Assembly: GCA_905178155.1 (NCBI GenBank)
Contig: CAJINV010000002.1
Coordinates: forward strand, 7,532,743-7,596,742
Source: Amoebophrya sp. A120
Taxonomy: Eukaryota > Protista > Dinoflagellata
Direction: 5' to 3'
DNA: 64,000 bases
In this document: piece after piece, positions 13,991 through 25,914 of the stretch
Numbering within the stretch: the stretch's first letter is position 1
Layout: the number at the start of each line of letters is the position of its first letter
The notes under the pieces: generated by a model
What the model was told of the DNA's origin: nothing
The model's input: the letters and a program-made list of their open reading frames with translations, nothing else
The model's database searches: none
Program-made: the position numbers and the translations under genes

Positions 13991-15817
13991 TCACACATCC
14001 ACGTCTTCTTTCCCGGCGTATTCATCCTTACCCAGTCCCAGAAAGTTCACGTTGTCGTCGAAAAACCAGGTGTCGTTTACTTCTATCAAGTGTAAAAATG
14101 TCTGGGTCTGGAACATTCTAAACTTGTGATGCTGTCTCTGGATTCTGAAAAAATTTGTATTGCATGACCAGCAAGAGGACTCCAGTTTGTGCTACGCGGA
14201 GAGGTCATTTCTCACGCTGTTGAGGCATCACAAAGCCCTCTAAAAATCTGTGATGCTACGGCATGCATCGCAGACATCATGGGTCTTCATGGAAAATATG
14301 CATGACAAATCTAGAAATCTTCCAGACCCAGACATTTTTACATTTGATAACTTCCCGGCTGCTGCGAAAGAGGGCGTCCTTCAGAATGTCCACTCTGCGC
14401 CGCAGAAAAATGGCGACAACGAGTGCCGAAAAATGGAGGAATGATTTCACCGGCTCGAGCAGGCGGGAGTAAACCACGATCGGGTTGGACGTGTTCACGA
14501 GCGCAGCTTTATTTTGTGGAGGTCCACTTGAAATAATTGCAGTTGATGTCGACGAAGATCCTCCACCAATTCTGTCCATCGTCTGCAGCAACTCTTTCTC
14601 GATGATCCCCCGCATGAGGTACATCCCGACGCCAACGCCGAGACAGTAAATATCAACTGCAAAAGTGTCTGGGTCTGGAAGAATGCGCGATTTGTCATGC
14701 AGTTTTTTCATGATCCATGAGGCCTGGAATGCAGGACCTAGCATGACAGATTCTGTGCGATCTCTCTCATGCCTATCCTGCATAAGAAACTCCCTCCCGA
14801 CTTGGTCAAAACTGGACGACTTTGGCAATCATGCAACACAGATTTTTGCATGCTTCAGATTTAGCATGACAATTTGCATTCTTCCAGACCCAGACATTTT
14901 TACATTTGATAGTAAAAGAGCGCCATCAACAGCAGCGGAAGGGCCCCGTCTGGAATCAGCAAGTAGAAGGTGAACAGCGACAGAAAGAAATGCTGGGCCG
15001 CGTTGTGCAGTGTTGTCGACGGTGAAAATAGGAAAGAAGATGCACTAGGAGCGCCGTGAATTTTTACGCCGCCGGTTATATCACTCCCGAGTGTAGTTGC
15101 GGCCCCAACGCTTGTTCCAACGACAGCATCAGAAGTCGACGAAAATCGTGTCGCATCCCTGCCAGGACTATCTGTGAAAACCACATCAGTGGATAATAGG
15201 TAGACGAGAGCGGTGACGCAGGCTGTCGTTTGGAAAAGAAATCTCCCTGCGCGCTTCCAGTTTTGCAGCAAGGAGCGGCGCTTCTTCGATGTGGTCCGAG
15301 TAGAGGTGCCAGCCGTAGTATTTACAGGCCTCGTCGCTGTTGCTGCTTGGTCCAGTTGGTGGGAAAGATCATGATGAACTGAGTCGCGATAGGTATCATT
15401 CAACAGCGTAGGCATAGCTCTCGTTCTGCTGCCGCTGTTCGTGTTCGCCGGCGAAGGCACCATGCAGAAATCTTCTAGACCTTCAGCGTCCTGAAGATCA
15501 GCATTTGAGGACGCAGAGGAACTACGGAGAAGCTGCCTCACGTGGAAGACAATTAACGCCCCGTAGCTGAGACATTCGTCTTCGCTTGTCGGGGTAGCTG
15601 ACGTCCTGAGAGCGCCGCGACTGGGACGGGTGTTGCACGTGTCCTCCGTGTAAGTTTGATCAAATCGCACATCGTCATCGCGGTGGCAGTAGTCCAGAGG
15701 GTTAACAGCGCTTGTTGCAACAGGAGCCCCATGATCCGTGAGATGGTCACTATGACAGATGGTCGCGGCAGGGAGACGATGCTTTGGCGGCACAACCGCA
15801 CCGGCGAACGAGGGCAT
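13991..15817 (-). CDS. Unknown membrane protein, 3 exons (~429 aa), both introns are family A introners
   Basis: join(14917..15817,14355..14650,13991..14083) = 1290 nt. Junctions LMALFY|CLGVGVG and RSSREV|NDTWFFDD; several hydrophobic segments. Confidence 0.75.
14084..14349. mobile_element. TIR introner family A copy 1, 266 bp, TSD ACTTC
   Basis: 30-bp TIR TATCAA(G/A)TGTAAAAATGTCTGGGTCTGGAA. ACTTC at 14079-14083 and 14350-14354. Interior is the reverse complement of copies 2 and 3. Confidence 0.95.
14651..14911. mobile_element. TIR introner family A copy 2, 261 bp, TSD GTAAA
   Basis: Left TATCAACTGCAAAAGTGTCTGGGTCTGGAAG, right CTTCCAGACCCAGACATTTTTACATTTGATA. GTAAA at 14646-14650 and 14912-14916. 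Confidence 0.95.
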
Positions 15818-16158
15818 GGCTTGTAAGTTCGATGATCGTGTTCCACTCTAGCAGGGGGCTTCTATCATGTTTATAGTTTTTCTTCCAGTTTACGATTCCA
15901 TAATACGGAGACAGACGGTAAAGCTGGAAGTGAAGTAAAGCAAAGTCGTGTGCAGCTGCTAGTTCAAAACTCACTTGCACAGACGTGAAATTTTCAAGCA
16001 GGCCCAAAGTTTTCAGTTTCACTCCAAGCCGTCTGCGCCGAAGATTGCGTTATTCTGTCGAAACGACGGTGCCTGAGCGGTATAATTGAAAAGCTAGAAG
16101 AACATCTACATGTTCTCATATTGATAGTCATATCTACAACTTTAACAAAAATTCAAAA

Positions 16159-16260
16159 GAGTTCAGTGCATCTTTTGAGTTCAATGCACCACTTGAGTTC
16201 AGTGCACCTTTTGAGTTCGGTGCACCTTTTGAGTTCAATACACCTTTTGACTTCAATGCA
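16159..16260. repeat. 18-bp tandem repeat (GAGTTCAGTGCACCTTTT), about 5.7 copies
   Basis: Directly visible; gives the SSVHLL periodic pseudo-ORF 16121..16321. Confidence 0.9.
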
Positions 16261-16610
16261 GTCATCTATGATCATCATCATCATATCTTTAACAAAAATT
16301 CAAAAGCTCACAACTTCATGACTCATATCTTCAAATCATAATCTAAGACTCGAACTCAATCATAATCGCGGATTTTCATTCTCAGACTTGAAAGCATTGT
16401 TTTGAAATCAATCACAATCGAGGATTTGCATTCTCAGATTTGAAATCATAATCTTGCAATCATAGTCTTAGATCTGAACTTGAAGTCGCAGTCTTACAAT
16501 CCTACTCACAGACGTCTTAGAAAAATTCTAAGAAACACAGATCAGAAATTCATAGTCAAGTCATAGACAGTCACAACTTCATAATCATAGAAAAACAGAG
16601 CAATCGCATC

Positions 16611-16988
16611 CGACACATCATAAAAACCCCACACGTCCAGCCACCACCATCATCATATCGCAAGGGCGGGGGGGGCGCGGGGGGGGGCGAGGGCCCCCCG
16701 CACTAAAAAAAGTCACAGGCCCACACTCATGGAAAAGCAAAGCAAATGGATTTCATCAATGCGCGTCACAAGATGTGGGGCGGGGGGGGCGGGGGGGGGG
16801 CCAGGGCCCCCCGCTCACAGTCATAGCCGTCAGCCATTGACTCAGTTTTCAGGCATACATCATCACTTAGATTTCAGTCATATCAAAATGTCAACGACAC
16901 ATCATAAAAACCCCACACGTCCAGCCATCACCATCATCATATCGCAAGGGCGGGGGGGGCGCGGGGGGGGGCGAGGGCCCCCCGCACT
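16611..16988. repeat. Two ~94-bp direct repeats with long G-runs (16611-16704, 16895-16988)
   Basis: CGACACATCATAAAAACCCCACACGTCCAGCCA...GCAAGGGCGGGGGGGGCGCGGGGGGGGGCGAGGGCCCCCCGCACT occurs twice, with a third G-run block near 16777-16813. Confidence 0.9.
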
Positions 16989-17094
16989 TCATCAACATCA
17001 TAATCGTCATCATGTACGTGGAGCGGGGATACTAATCATCACCATCGTCATCATTCATGAGACTGTGGCGACTCTTCAATCATCATCATCATAG

Positions 17095-17194
17095 NNNNNN
17101 NNNNNNNNNNNNNNNNNNNNNNNNNNNNNNNNNNNNNNNNNNNNNNNNNNNNNNNNNNNNNNNNNNNNNNNNNNNNNNNNNNNNNNNNNNNNNN
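17095..17194. other. Assembly gap (100 N)
   Basis: Run of N flanked by (TCA)n microsatellite-like sequence. Confidence 0.99.
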
Positions 17195-17804
17195 TCATCA
17201 TCATCGCCATCCTTCATATCCGAGAAGATGGCGGCGAAGACCAAGCTGCGCGCGCCATTTTCTCAAAAGTTGGGCGGGGGCCGTGCTTCATTTTCGTTTT
17301 TTAGATTTCCAAACGCGACCCGCATGGCTTTTTTCGCGCACGCGACGATCGAGGGACCGACAGGTGACGCGTGACAACGCCCTAACGCAAAGAAAAAGCC
17401 GAGCGGAAGACGAAAGTAGACCGATCGGGGCGCCACGTTTCAACCCATCCAGAAGCAGCTTCCTACATAGGCGTCAACACTGGCAACAGACGCCAACGCG
17501 TCCACTTCGTTCTATCTAATAGCACCACAGGCACAACAGTAGCGAGCCACACGCTCGAGCTCCAGCCACAGGGGACAACATTCACTCTCTCGATGCGCGC
17601 GGCGTTCCCAAAACGTGCGCAAGAGGGCCACGCGCACCTAGCTGCTAGCGTGCCGCTTGAAAAATGTACTGCGATCGAGAGGCAGTGTTTGGGTTTGGGT
17701 CTTGAAAAATATTTACAATGCAGGGCGACCACGTTGCCGCGGAGACTTCCGACAAGCTCGCTCTCATCTTCTACAGCCACTAGCTCAGCGCCAAGTCCTG
17801 TCAT

Positions 17805-18206
17805 CTAAGTGTTTATATTTCTGAAATAGTTCGGGCGCAGAGTCACGCCAGGCCGCAACTCGCGGAGAGCGCGATCCGCCACGTCTATAAAGTTCTCCGA
17901 TGCTCGGTAGTCCAAGTCCAGGATGTACTTCCCCGGGCGCCATGAAATCAGCCACCATTCTTCGCCCGCAAGCATAGCGCTGGCGGTCTCCTTTTGTCCC
18001 TTTGGTTTCTGCGACGTGAAGAACCAGCAAACGACGTGGCCGCTGGCGGCCTTCGAGTCCCCGACCCAGATGTATTCCGCACGGTTTGCGCCGTCGGCGC
18101 GTCCCTCACTCTGCGAACCCGTGCGCCGGTGGTACATGGCGCCCCGAATTAAGTCCACCTTTCGCCCCTTCTCATCCGGCAGATTGGGAAAATCCGGCTT
18201 CGACAT
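17805..18206 (-). CDS. Small hypothetical protein (~133 aa, MSKPDFPNLP...)
   Basis: Open frame with GC3-rich codons and globular composition (GAMYHRR, EYIWVGDSK, VVCWFF, EEWWLISW); no family recognised; start uncertain. Confidence 0.6.
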   Translation of the reverse strand: MSKPDFPNLPDEKGRKVDLIRGAMYHRRTGSQSEGRADGANRAEYIWVGDSKAASGHVVCWFFTSQKPKGQKETASAMLAGEEWWLISWRPGKYILDLDYRASENFIDVADRALRELRPGVTLRPNYFRNINT

Positions 18207-20201
18207 TGGTTGCAGAGTGGAGAGTGTCTCTAAAGCTTCTACTACTAGCTGTGAAGCTGCACTTGCAGGGGGAGATGGAAAAACAATGATAGAGAGGAAA
18301 AAGATCGACGGCGCCAGCACAACGATGGAGCTTACTACTTCTAGCAATGGGTCAAAGCTAGGCGCTCTCTAAATATAAACGATTGCAGTGGAAAAAAGAG
18401 AAGCAAAAACTAGGCGCGTCGCTGTTCGGAGGTGGAATGTGGATGGGGTAGGGTGGGGCGATTGTATGAACCAAAGCCAAGCCTATACGGTTTCACGAGC
18501 GCAAGGACGCAGGAACCTGCCCGCGCCCCCGCCTGTGGCATACGTGCCCGGCGTAGCTTTTTGCTCATCGTTTCATGATCCTGGGCCATGCCTGCTCTTG
18601 GCTGAGTGTCTTCTTTTCTGATCGATTATTTGTTTTTTTATCATCATCTTATCATCGTAATCATCATCGTCACCACCATCGTCTATCCTGCGCGGGGTAT
18701 TGCGCAGTAGAGGGCTCAAAGGTTTCTCCATGGCAGCAGGAGAGAGCGCCTTTAGTTTCTTAATTGCTGCAGAAGCGCCTTCTTCTGTCTGGGTAATTCT
18801 GATGTGTGCGCAGGGAAAATAAGTCGGATCCTCAATACGTACGCAGGGAGAGAAGTGCGCAAACCGGGGGGGCTTGCGGCGGTCTCCCCCGCGAGCAGGA
18901 AACTGCGGCGCCATCCCCCTACGAAGGCTTCGCGTGTGCTCCCTACTGAATCCACTGCGCCTCTGCGAAAAAAGTTCGCGCGAGCGGCTGCGTGTCCCTG
19001 CAGGACGGGTTCCGGGCGGTCTCCCCCCCACAAGGGAATTCCCCCCTTCCTTGCTTACTTACGCACCTCCTCCCCTACGCCTCCTACCCATTCTAGCGCA
19101 AGTTTGCGATGTCACACCCAGCGGGCGAAGCTATTCGAATCTCGTTCGAATGCTATAATTTTTGCTGCTGCTTGTGAACGACAAAGCATTACTGTGAGAC
19201 TCAAAAACTCAAGGAGCACATCCGTCTCGTTCAATACCAAGAATTGTTGCTTAGTTGCGCTTCAATTTTTGCCCTGCTTCGAGCAGCCGAAGGAGCGGCA
19301 AGAGGGTTTTCGTTGTAGGTCTTTCTTCTATTCATGATGAAAATTGTCGACAGATACAGTTTGGGAGACACAAACGGAATGCTCCTGAGAAACTTGAAAA
19401 AAAAAGACTTCGCTTTATCCTAAGCCTAACCGTCAAAGTGATTCTTTTCATATGAAGAACTCATAGAATGCCGCAACGTTATTTGCGGCCTGCATGAACC
19501 GTGCCAGCCGCACCTATTTGTATTTTCCAATCTGTAAAGTACAGGTGTTGATGATAGCTCTATCTTATTTTAGGCACACAAAAAAATATTACGTACAAGA
19601 TGATAGCGCGTAGGACGCCTTTTGGAAGAAAACTAGTATTTAGAAAACAAAAATAAAAGTGAATCAGAAACTCAAAATTTTACAGGCGACGTAACAAGCG
19701 AGACGAGGTTTTCCTTGTTCATATCTCAACAAAACTGCGTCGCTTTTTATTCCGAAGGTCTCGTGGAACGCGACACGCAGCACGACTTCTACTGCGAAGT
19801 GCTACACGAAAAATCGCAAATACACGATTGACGCAAACAAATCAAGCGAAAACCAAAGCCGCCTGCTGTCTGTTTCGTTTTCTTCTTAGTCGAGCTCACC
19901 TGTAGGAATTTGTACTGCAGCGGGCTGACCAACAAGCAGCCCAAACAACAAAAGAAACCCGCGTCCGAAACGCAAAGAAATGCCGAAACCTGAAAAGAAC
20001 GAGAACTAAAAAAGTAGAGAAAGTGCGAAAGAAACAGTAGAAAAATTCAAGCAAGAAACCCGAACAGGATTGAAGATGCGCCGGTCCGGATACGGTAAAA
20101 ATCAGAAATTTTCGACCCCATTCTAGTACTACAGTACCACGCTGATTAGGTACAGCAGCAGCCCGGTATCATAATCGAAGATATTCATACATATCGAAGT
20201 T

Positions 20202-23200
20202 CTAGTACTGATACAGCATTTTCCCTGCGATTCCCAAACACAGGGCCAATCCGTAGTGCGGTGAAACCGTTGGACACGTTGCCACACACCGCGCCTCGTG
20301 CAGTCGGTTGAGAAACAGCTGGTACTGTTCGTTTCCCAATCCGCGAAACAAATTTCGCTGTACCGGGTCCTTGATGGCGAGACACAGATGTGCCGGCGCA
20401 TCGGTGCGCTGGAAAAACTTGTTTCTGCTGTTGTACAGATCGTGGTTCCCTCCGCAGCGATAATTGCTGCTGTGACCATTTGTTCGATGATCTTGCTGCT
20501 CTTTCAACAGTGCGACCGTGCTGTCCAACGACACCAGCTGGGTCTCCGGGTCAAATTCGTGCAGCCAAAACCGTCCGAAGTCCAGAAACAAGGCCGGCAA
20601 ATCCAGCCCGTGCCACCACTGCTGGTAGTAGTAGAAGTTTTGCATCTGCGCGGCGTTGTAAAAGTCCTGCAGCTTCTGTTCGCGCTGCTCAAAGTAGAAA
20701 AGCATCATCAGCATCAGGCAGTAGTTGTTTAGGTAGAGAAACGGTTTTTCCATCCTCTGGCAGTAGTTCTGCTTGCACTTGACGTAGTGGGGCACATCGG
20801 GCCGGTTGGGGTTCAAGTTTGCGAATTTCGCCCATTGCTTCAGTACGAGCGCGAGTTGGAACTTGCGAGTACTAGAGGTTGTGTACTGCAACGGACCCAT
20901 GGCTGAGCTAGTTTGCTGGGCGAACGTCCGAAAGGACTGACAATGTCCTCCTGCTCCGGGCTGATACTGACTACAACTCGGGTATTGCACATGATCGACG
21001 GTGCCGGCTACCAAAGTAGTTCCACCAGCCGGTCCAGAACATCCATGCCCTGGTGACAAAAACGTCGCCCAAATCCGCAAGCAGTGGGACTCTGGACTCG
21101 AGGCGTTGCGCGTCGAAATAGCCCCCGCGGTGCCACTGCTCATTCTGTCGTTTGTGTGTTGAAAGTTGGTCGTAGTTGTGGCTGCAGAACAGACGGACAC
21201 GCGGCTGCTCCGCGGGGGGCGGTAGTTGTGATTCTGGACATCGGCTCCTTCGTTGTAGTTCGAATTCCTGGAAGCCGCGCGGCTGCGCTGCTGGTCAAAA
21301 CTGTTCAAATAATAGGTCGCACCGTTGCAAGAACCGTGTTCCTGTTCGGAGAAGAAAAAGGAAGAATGCCTGCGATCGGCCATCGTAGTTACTGGGGCAG
21401 CTGCTCCACTGTTTGATTCGCTAGCAAAGGAAGAGAAGCGGAATGCTCTGCTACGCTGTTGCTCCAACATCACGGTCGCGTAGCTGCCAATCTCGTCCTC
21501 TTCACCCGCGCCAGCAGGGGTCGTGGTATTTGCGGGTCCTCCTGCAGGTGCCGATGGAAAGCTATGCAGTAATTCGCGCATGAGCAACGAATTCCGGTAC
21601 ACGTAGCTGTCCGTGTGAATTGAGATGTCGAACTCCGCATGCTCCTGGCTGTTGACGTAGTTTTGAAACAGGTCGACCGTCATTCCATTCGTTCCAGCAG
21701 CTGTAGCACAGGAGGAGAAATTGGACGCCGCTCCACCATTCGCTGCAGGATTGCCGTTCATTCCCATCCCGTAAGCATTCAGCTCACAGCGCAAAACCGG
21801 CACCCTCGCGGTGGCGATGAGGTCGATGTTCGTGAAGCCAATCTGCCGCAGCCGCGGAATCAACTGCCGAAGCAAGTCCAGTTTGGGATCAGAGGGCGGG
21901 GTGTGGTTGACGTCGTTGGGATTCGAACTAGACCCCCTCGTAGTCGCTCGTGAGCAGTTCTGAAGATGCTGGCTGCGGTGTGGTCCAGACCTGGGTGGAT
22001 CGAGGCACTCATTTGCCGTTCCAGTTCCTGACGTGGTCGAGTTGCAAGGAGCGGGGTTGTAGTTGTAAATCCGAATCCCGACGTCCAAATCGGAACCGAA
22101 TTCAAGCATGCAGCCCGTTATGGCACTGCCATAGGGAATGACAGCGAAGGACGGCGGTGGGCAGGTGGTATCTTTCTGGGCCGCGAAGAGGTGGGGGAGC
22201 CTGTTAGGTCGGTTTTATTCATGATTTGCGGATGTTTGGTTCGTTACAGCATACATGAGTGTGCTTTTCAAGGAACAAGCGAGAGCCCCCTGTGGCTGTG
22301 CTTCACAATCGCATGAAGAAAATAAGCAAATCTGCAGTAGCACCATCAACATAAATAACATGCTTACATACAAGACCATTTTCAAAAGCTAAAGCAAAAT
22401 ATCTCATACGTTTCATGCGCCACGCTCTGGATTTTATCGAAGCCAACTTTCAACAGGTTTCGTTTTTCCGCAGATATTTCCAACATGCGTAGAAGGTGCT
22501 GGTCTTCCGATTCGTGATGGGCAACGGACGGAAAATCTTCAAAGTCGAAGCAGTTATTTTCTGACAATACAGCGGCAGGAGCAGCTATGCCGCCGTCATT
22601 GTAGTGACCGTAACTGTGCAGCTGCTGACCCGCGTTCTGCCAGCATGGTGCTGATAGAGAGGGCGCACCAGCGTTGACCATATGGTCGTACCCGGATCGT
22701 ACTTCTTGTGGCAGCATTGCACTCGTCGGGATGGTTTTACCAGCGTAGTCTGCACCTGCAGACGCTGCATATCCACCTCCTGATACGTTGTGGTAGGTGC
22801 TGCCACTGAAATTGCTGCTGTATGGAAATGGCGGACGGGAAGGGCAAGCATGGCTCTGCGGTTGTGCCACTTTTCCCGCAGCTCCGCCGGCATTGCAAAT
22901 TTCATCCGTCTGCGGGTGTTGGCTCGGGAGCGTTGTCGCCGCGTTTGCCTGTTTCGATGCGTCTCCCACGACCGCCTCCACCTCTTGCGGCCTCTCTGTC
23001 GCCGAACATCCATTCGCCACAGATGAAACTGCCTCTATCTCTAACTCTATGCTCGTCTGCGCATTATGACCTTCTTTCGCTTTTGTCCCTGCAAATTTCA
23101 CCTCGCTGGCCTGCTGTGGCCCCGACTCTGGAGTGCTTTCTCGAGTGGACGTTGTTGTGGTGGAGGATATCAGCACTGGCGGCGAGGCTTCCTGAGCTGC

Positions 23201-23662
23201 TTCTGCCAAGCGTGAGTTGAAGGTGCGTCCGGCGAAGGTCGATGCCACGGTAGAATTTCGCGCCGACGGCGAGGTCAAGAGCGTTCTAGTGCGTTCTTTC
23301 GCTGCGCCGCCTGCTCCTGGGCCCACTCTTCCCGCGGCCTGGCGGACAAACACAGATGACTTGGCTTTTGACGCTGGAAGCCAGTTAGTCTTACGCCCTT
23401 GAGCAGTAGCTCTGGCGGCGTTAGACGAAGAGCTGCTTGATGAAGACGAACTAGAGGACTTCATCCCAGTGGTGGTTTGCTGCGGCCACGTTGCCGGGAA
23501 CGCACCTGGCGTCTTCGCCGTGCCCACACAACCAGTCGTTGGCATCGGCGAGTCATCATCTATGCGAGCGCAGTACACCACTTCGGCGACCGCCGCAAAC
23601 TTTTTACGGGGAAGCTCCTTGCTCGTAGTTGCCATCATGTCTTGTAACCATGGAGCTGTCAT
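20202..23662 (-). CDS. Non-canonical poly(A) polymerase / terminal uridylyltransferase (Cid1/Trf4/GLD-2 family), ~1083 aa
   Basis: join(22410..23662,20202..22200), GT-AG intron 22201-22409. Motifs VIPYGSAITG...GSDLDV, ARVPVLRC, EFDISI, RNSLLM, LALVLKQWAK, LNNYCLMLMMLFYF, LFLDFGRFW, LAIKDP (PAP-associated domain). Confidence 0.88.
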
Positions 23663-25914
23663 GGGTCCGGTCAAAAACTAATGTGTGTTAGTGTTTGACT
23701 GTATCTTTAGCCATGTCCTACTAGTAGCTTGCTGCAACTGATGCGGGTACGGGAACACGATACTTACAGACAATTTCAACATACTTAAAATTTAAATTGC
23801 ATTTGCACATGACTACTGGCATGAGTCAACTCCCGCTCCATGTGACTGAGCTGAAGATTACTCATTGGCCAGCAAGCTCTCATGCCGTGAGTGGCCTTCT
23901 CTAGTACAGATGGTGTAGCTTTCGACGCCGTCACCAACACATTAGCGCTCGACCCACAAATCGTCCCCCGACATTCTTTCCTTTCCATCGCGGTCGAGTA
24001 GGATTGAAGAACAATGAGCGTCAACGCTTCAGGGCGGGCAGAGAAAGGCGCAACACAAAGCGCAGCGCGAATGTGCGGGCGCACAAGGAGGGACATTGAC
24101 AAGCAGGCATCACCATCGCGCGCAGTTCGCCAGCAACTTACTGAGACGTCCACGCTTGCCAACGAATGACACGCGTCTCCCCCAAATGGGGAGGCGGACG
24201 CGCATTGGGTGGCGCGATCAGCGCGGCGCCCTGGCCTTACCAACCTAGGAACAGAACACGGCCACCCCGGCCCCCCGCGCGGGAAACGAGGGGCGGGCGC
24301 GGCACCACCACCCCCTACGTACCAGGCAGCCGGGCCTTGCCGTGCCCGCTTGGCCCGGGCGGTACATTCTTCGTCTGCGGGCGGCTGGGCGGTCTCTGCG
24401 CGGCCCGGCAAGGCCCTACACAATTTGCAGGCCGGGCCGCCATTGGGCCCGCGCTCCTTTCCAAGGGGTGGCGGCGCGGGCTGTTCCGCCCTTCGGACCA
24501 CAAAGGGGGGCGCCCAATGCCGCGGCAGCGGGGGGCCAGTTCGTCCGAAATGTCCCGAAGCTCCAGACTGAAGCAAGCCCCACGGGCATGCAAAAGGTGC
24601 GAAGGGCCAAAATCCAGAAACTTTCCCAAGCGTCAGTCTGGGAGAGTGGTAGGCTGCCCCCCCGGCCGGGAGTGCCGGCCCAACCAAAACACCCAACACA
24701 GAGCCGGCCCCGCGCGCCGCGAAGCGAGCCGCCTCCTCCGCGTTGGTTACGGCCTTCGCGAACATTCCGCGCTCCCTGTCGCGTTCTTTTTTGCCTCGCG
24801 AACGCCCGCCGGGCCGGGAGATGAATCCGCCCGCGCCATGCCACTGCTCCCTCCGCCCCCCGAAGAAGCCCACCCGGGGGCGCCTGGGGCGTAGCTAGGC
24901 ACCCAACTAGCTGAGAAGGGCAAGCTTCACAGGCTTCGGCGTCGATGCTCTCCGTCGTATTGCCCACGTTGTCGATGGTCCAGCACCACACGCCCAAAGT
25001 AGCAAGCGGCTCCAACTACAAAGCTCCCGCTTAGACCCTGGCAACCGTTCGCGGCGTAGTCGTCGGCCCGTCGGTCGCCGGCGTGGCGCCTCCATTGCGG
25101 CGGCATTTGCGCCGTGGCGAACGACTTGGCACGCCACCCAAAGGCGGCGCCCGCCAGCGATTTCCCGCGCCCCCGCTGCCGGCGGAGCCCCCGCCGCACG
25201 CCCCGCCATCGGCGCGGCGTTCTTCTGGCTGCGCCGGCCGCCCCGGCGCGGCGGCATACACGACGGCAAGCCCTCCGCCGGGGCACGACTTGGGCGGCTT
25301 TCTTTTGAGACTGGCAAGGCGGCCACGACACCAACATCAACAAGAGGACGAAGAACGAGACCGGAGATCGTTTGTTGCCGGGGCCGGAAACATGAACAAC
25401 GCTACCTCGCTCGGCTTTGCGCATGCGGCTTTTTCTATCATTCAGAACGATACTAACAATCTTCATTCAACTACTCAAGTGCTTTTGCGATCGTGATCAG
25501 AATCAAATATATAAATTCAAGATCAGCTCCTTAAACAAGTAGCGCCGCTTGATGCCTCCATGCCATTAATTACACATTGAAATATTGAAGCGATGCGCTT
25601 AATGCCGTAATCAGAATCATACAACGGATTGTGCGGCCAAATTTAGCCTAGAATAGACGCGAAAGCATAGACGATCTTTGTACACATGAAAATTACCCAA
25701 TTACATTTTATCCGAAAACTTCCAAATTTCAATGCTACAATAAGATGAAGATTGAATACGCAACATAGGAGTAACCGTATAAAAGCAAAAATTAAGGCGG
25801 TATCGATTCAAATCAATGGGGCTGAATGCTATGTGATATTGCAGCTTCATCGCGACTGCAAGATCCGAGGGCTGCATTTGCAAACAGGTACCAAATATAG
25901 CCGCCGGGGCGGAG

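Noticed and set aside
14250-14973. Recurrent peptides such as LPDPDIFTFD and IWGGGIF in several short ORFs
   Set aside because: Translations of the family A and B TIRs, not a protein repeat family.
16159-16260. Possible CRISPR-like array
   Set aside because: Head-to-tail 18-bp units with no unique spacers, no cas genes, eukaryotic context.
23785-24873. 362-aa minus-strand ORF as an intact gene
   Set aside because: Composition is dominated by GC-rich codons and protein-like stretches jump between frames; treated as a decayed sequence.
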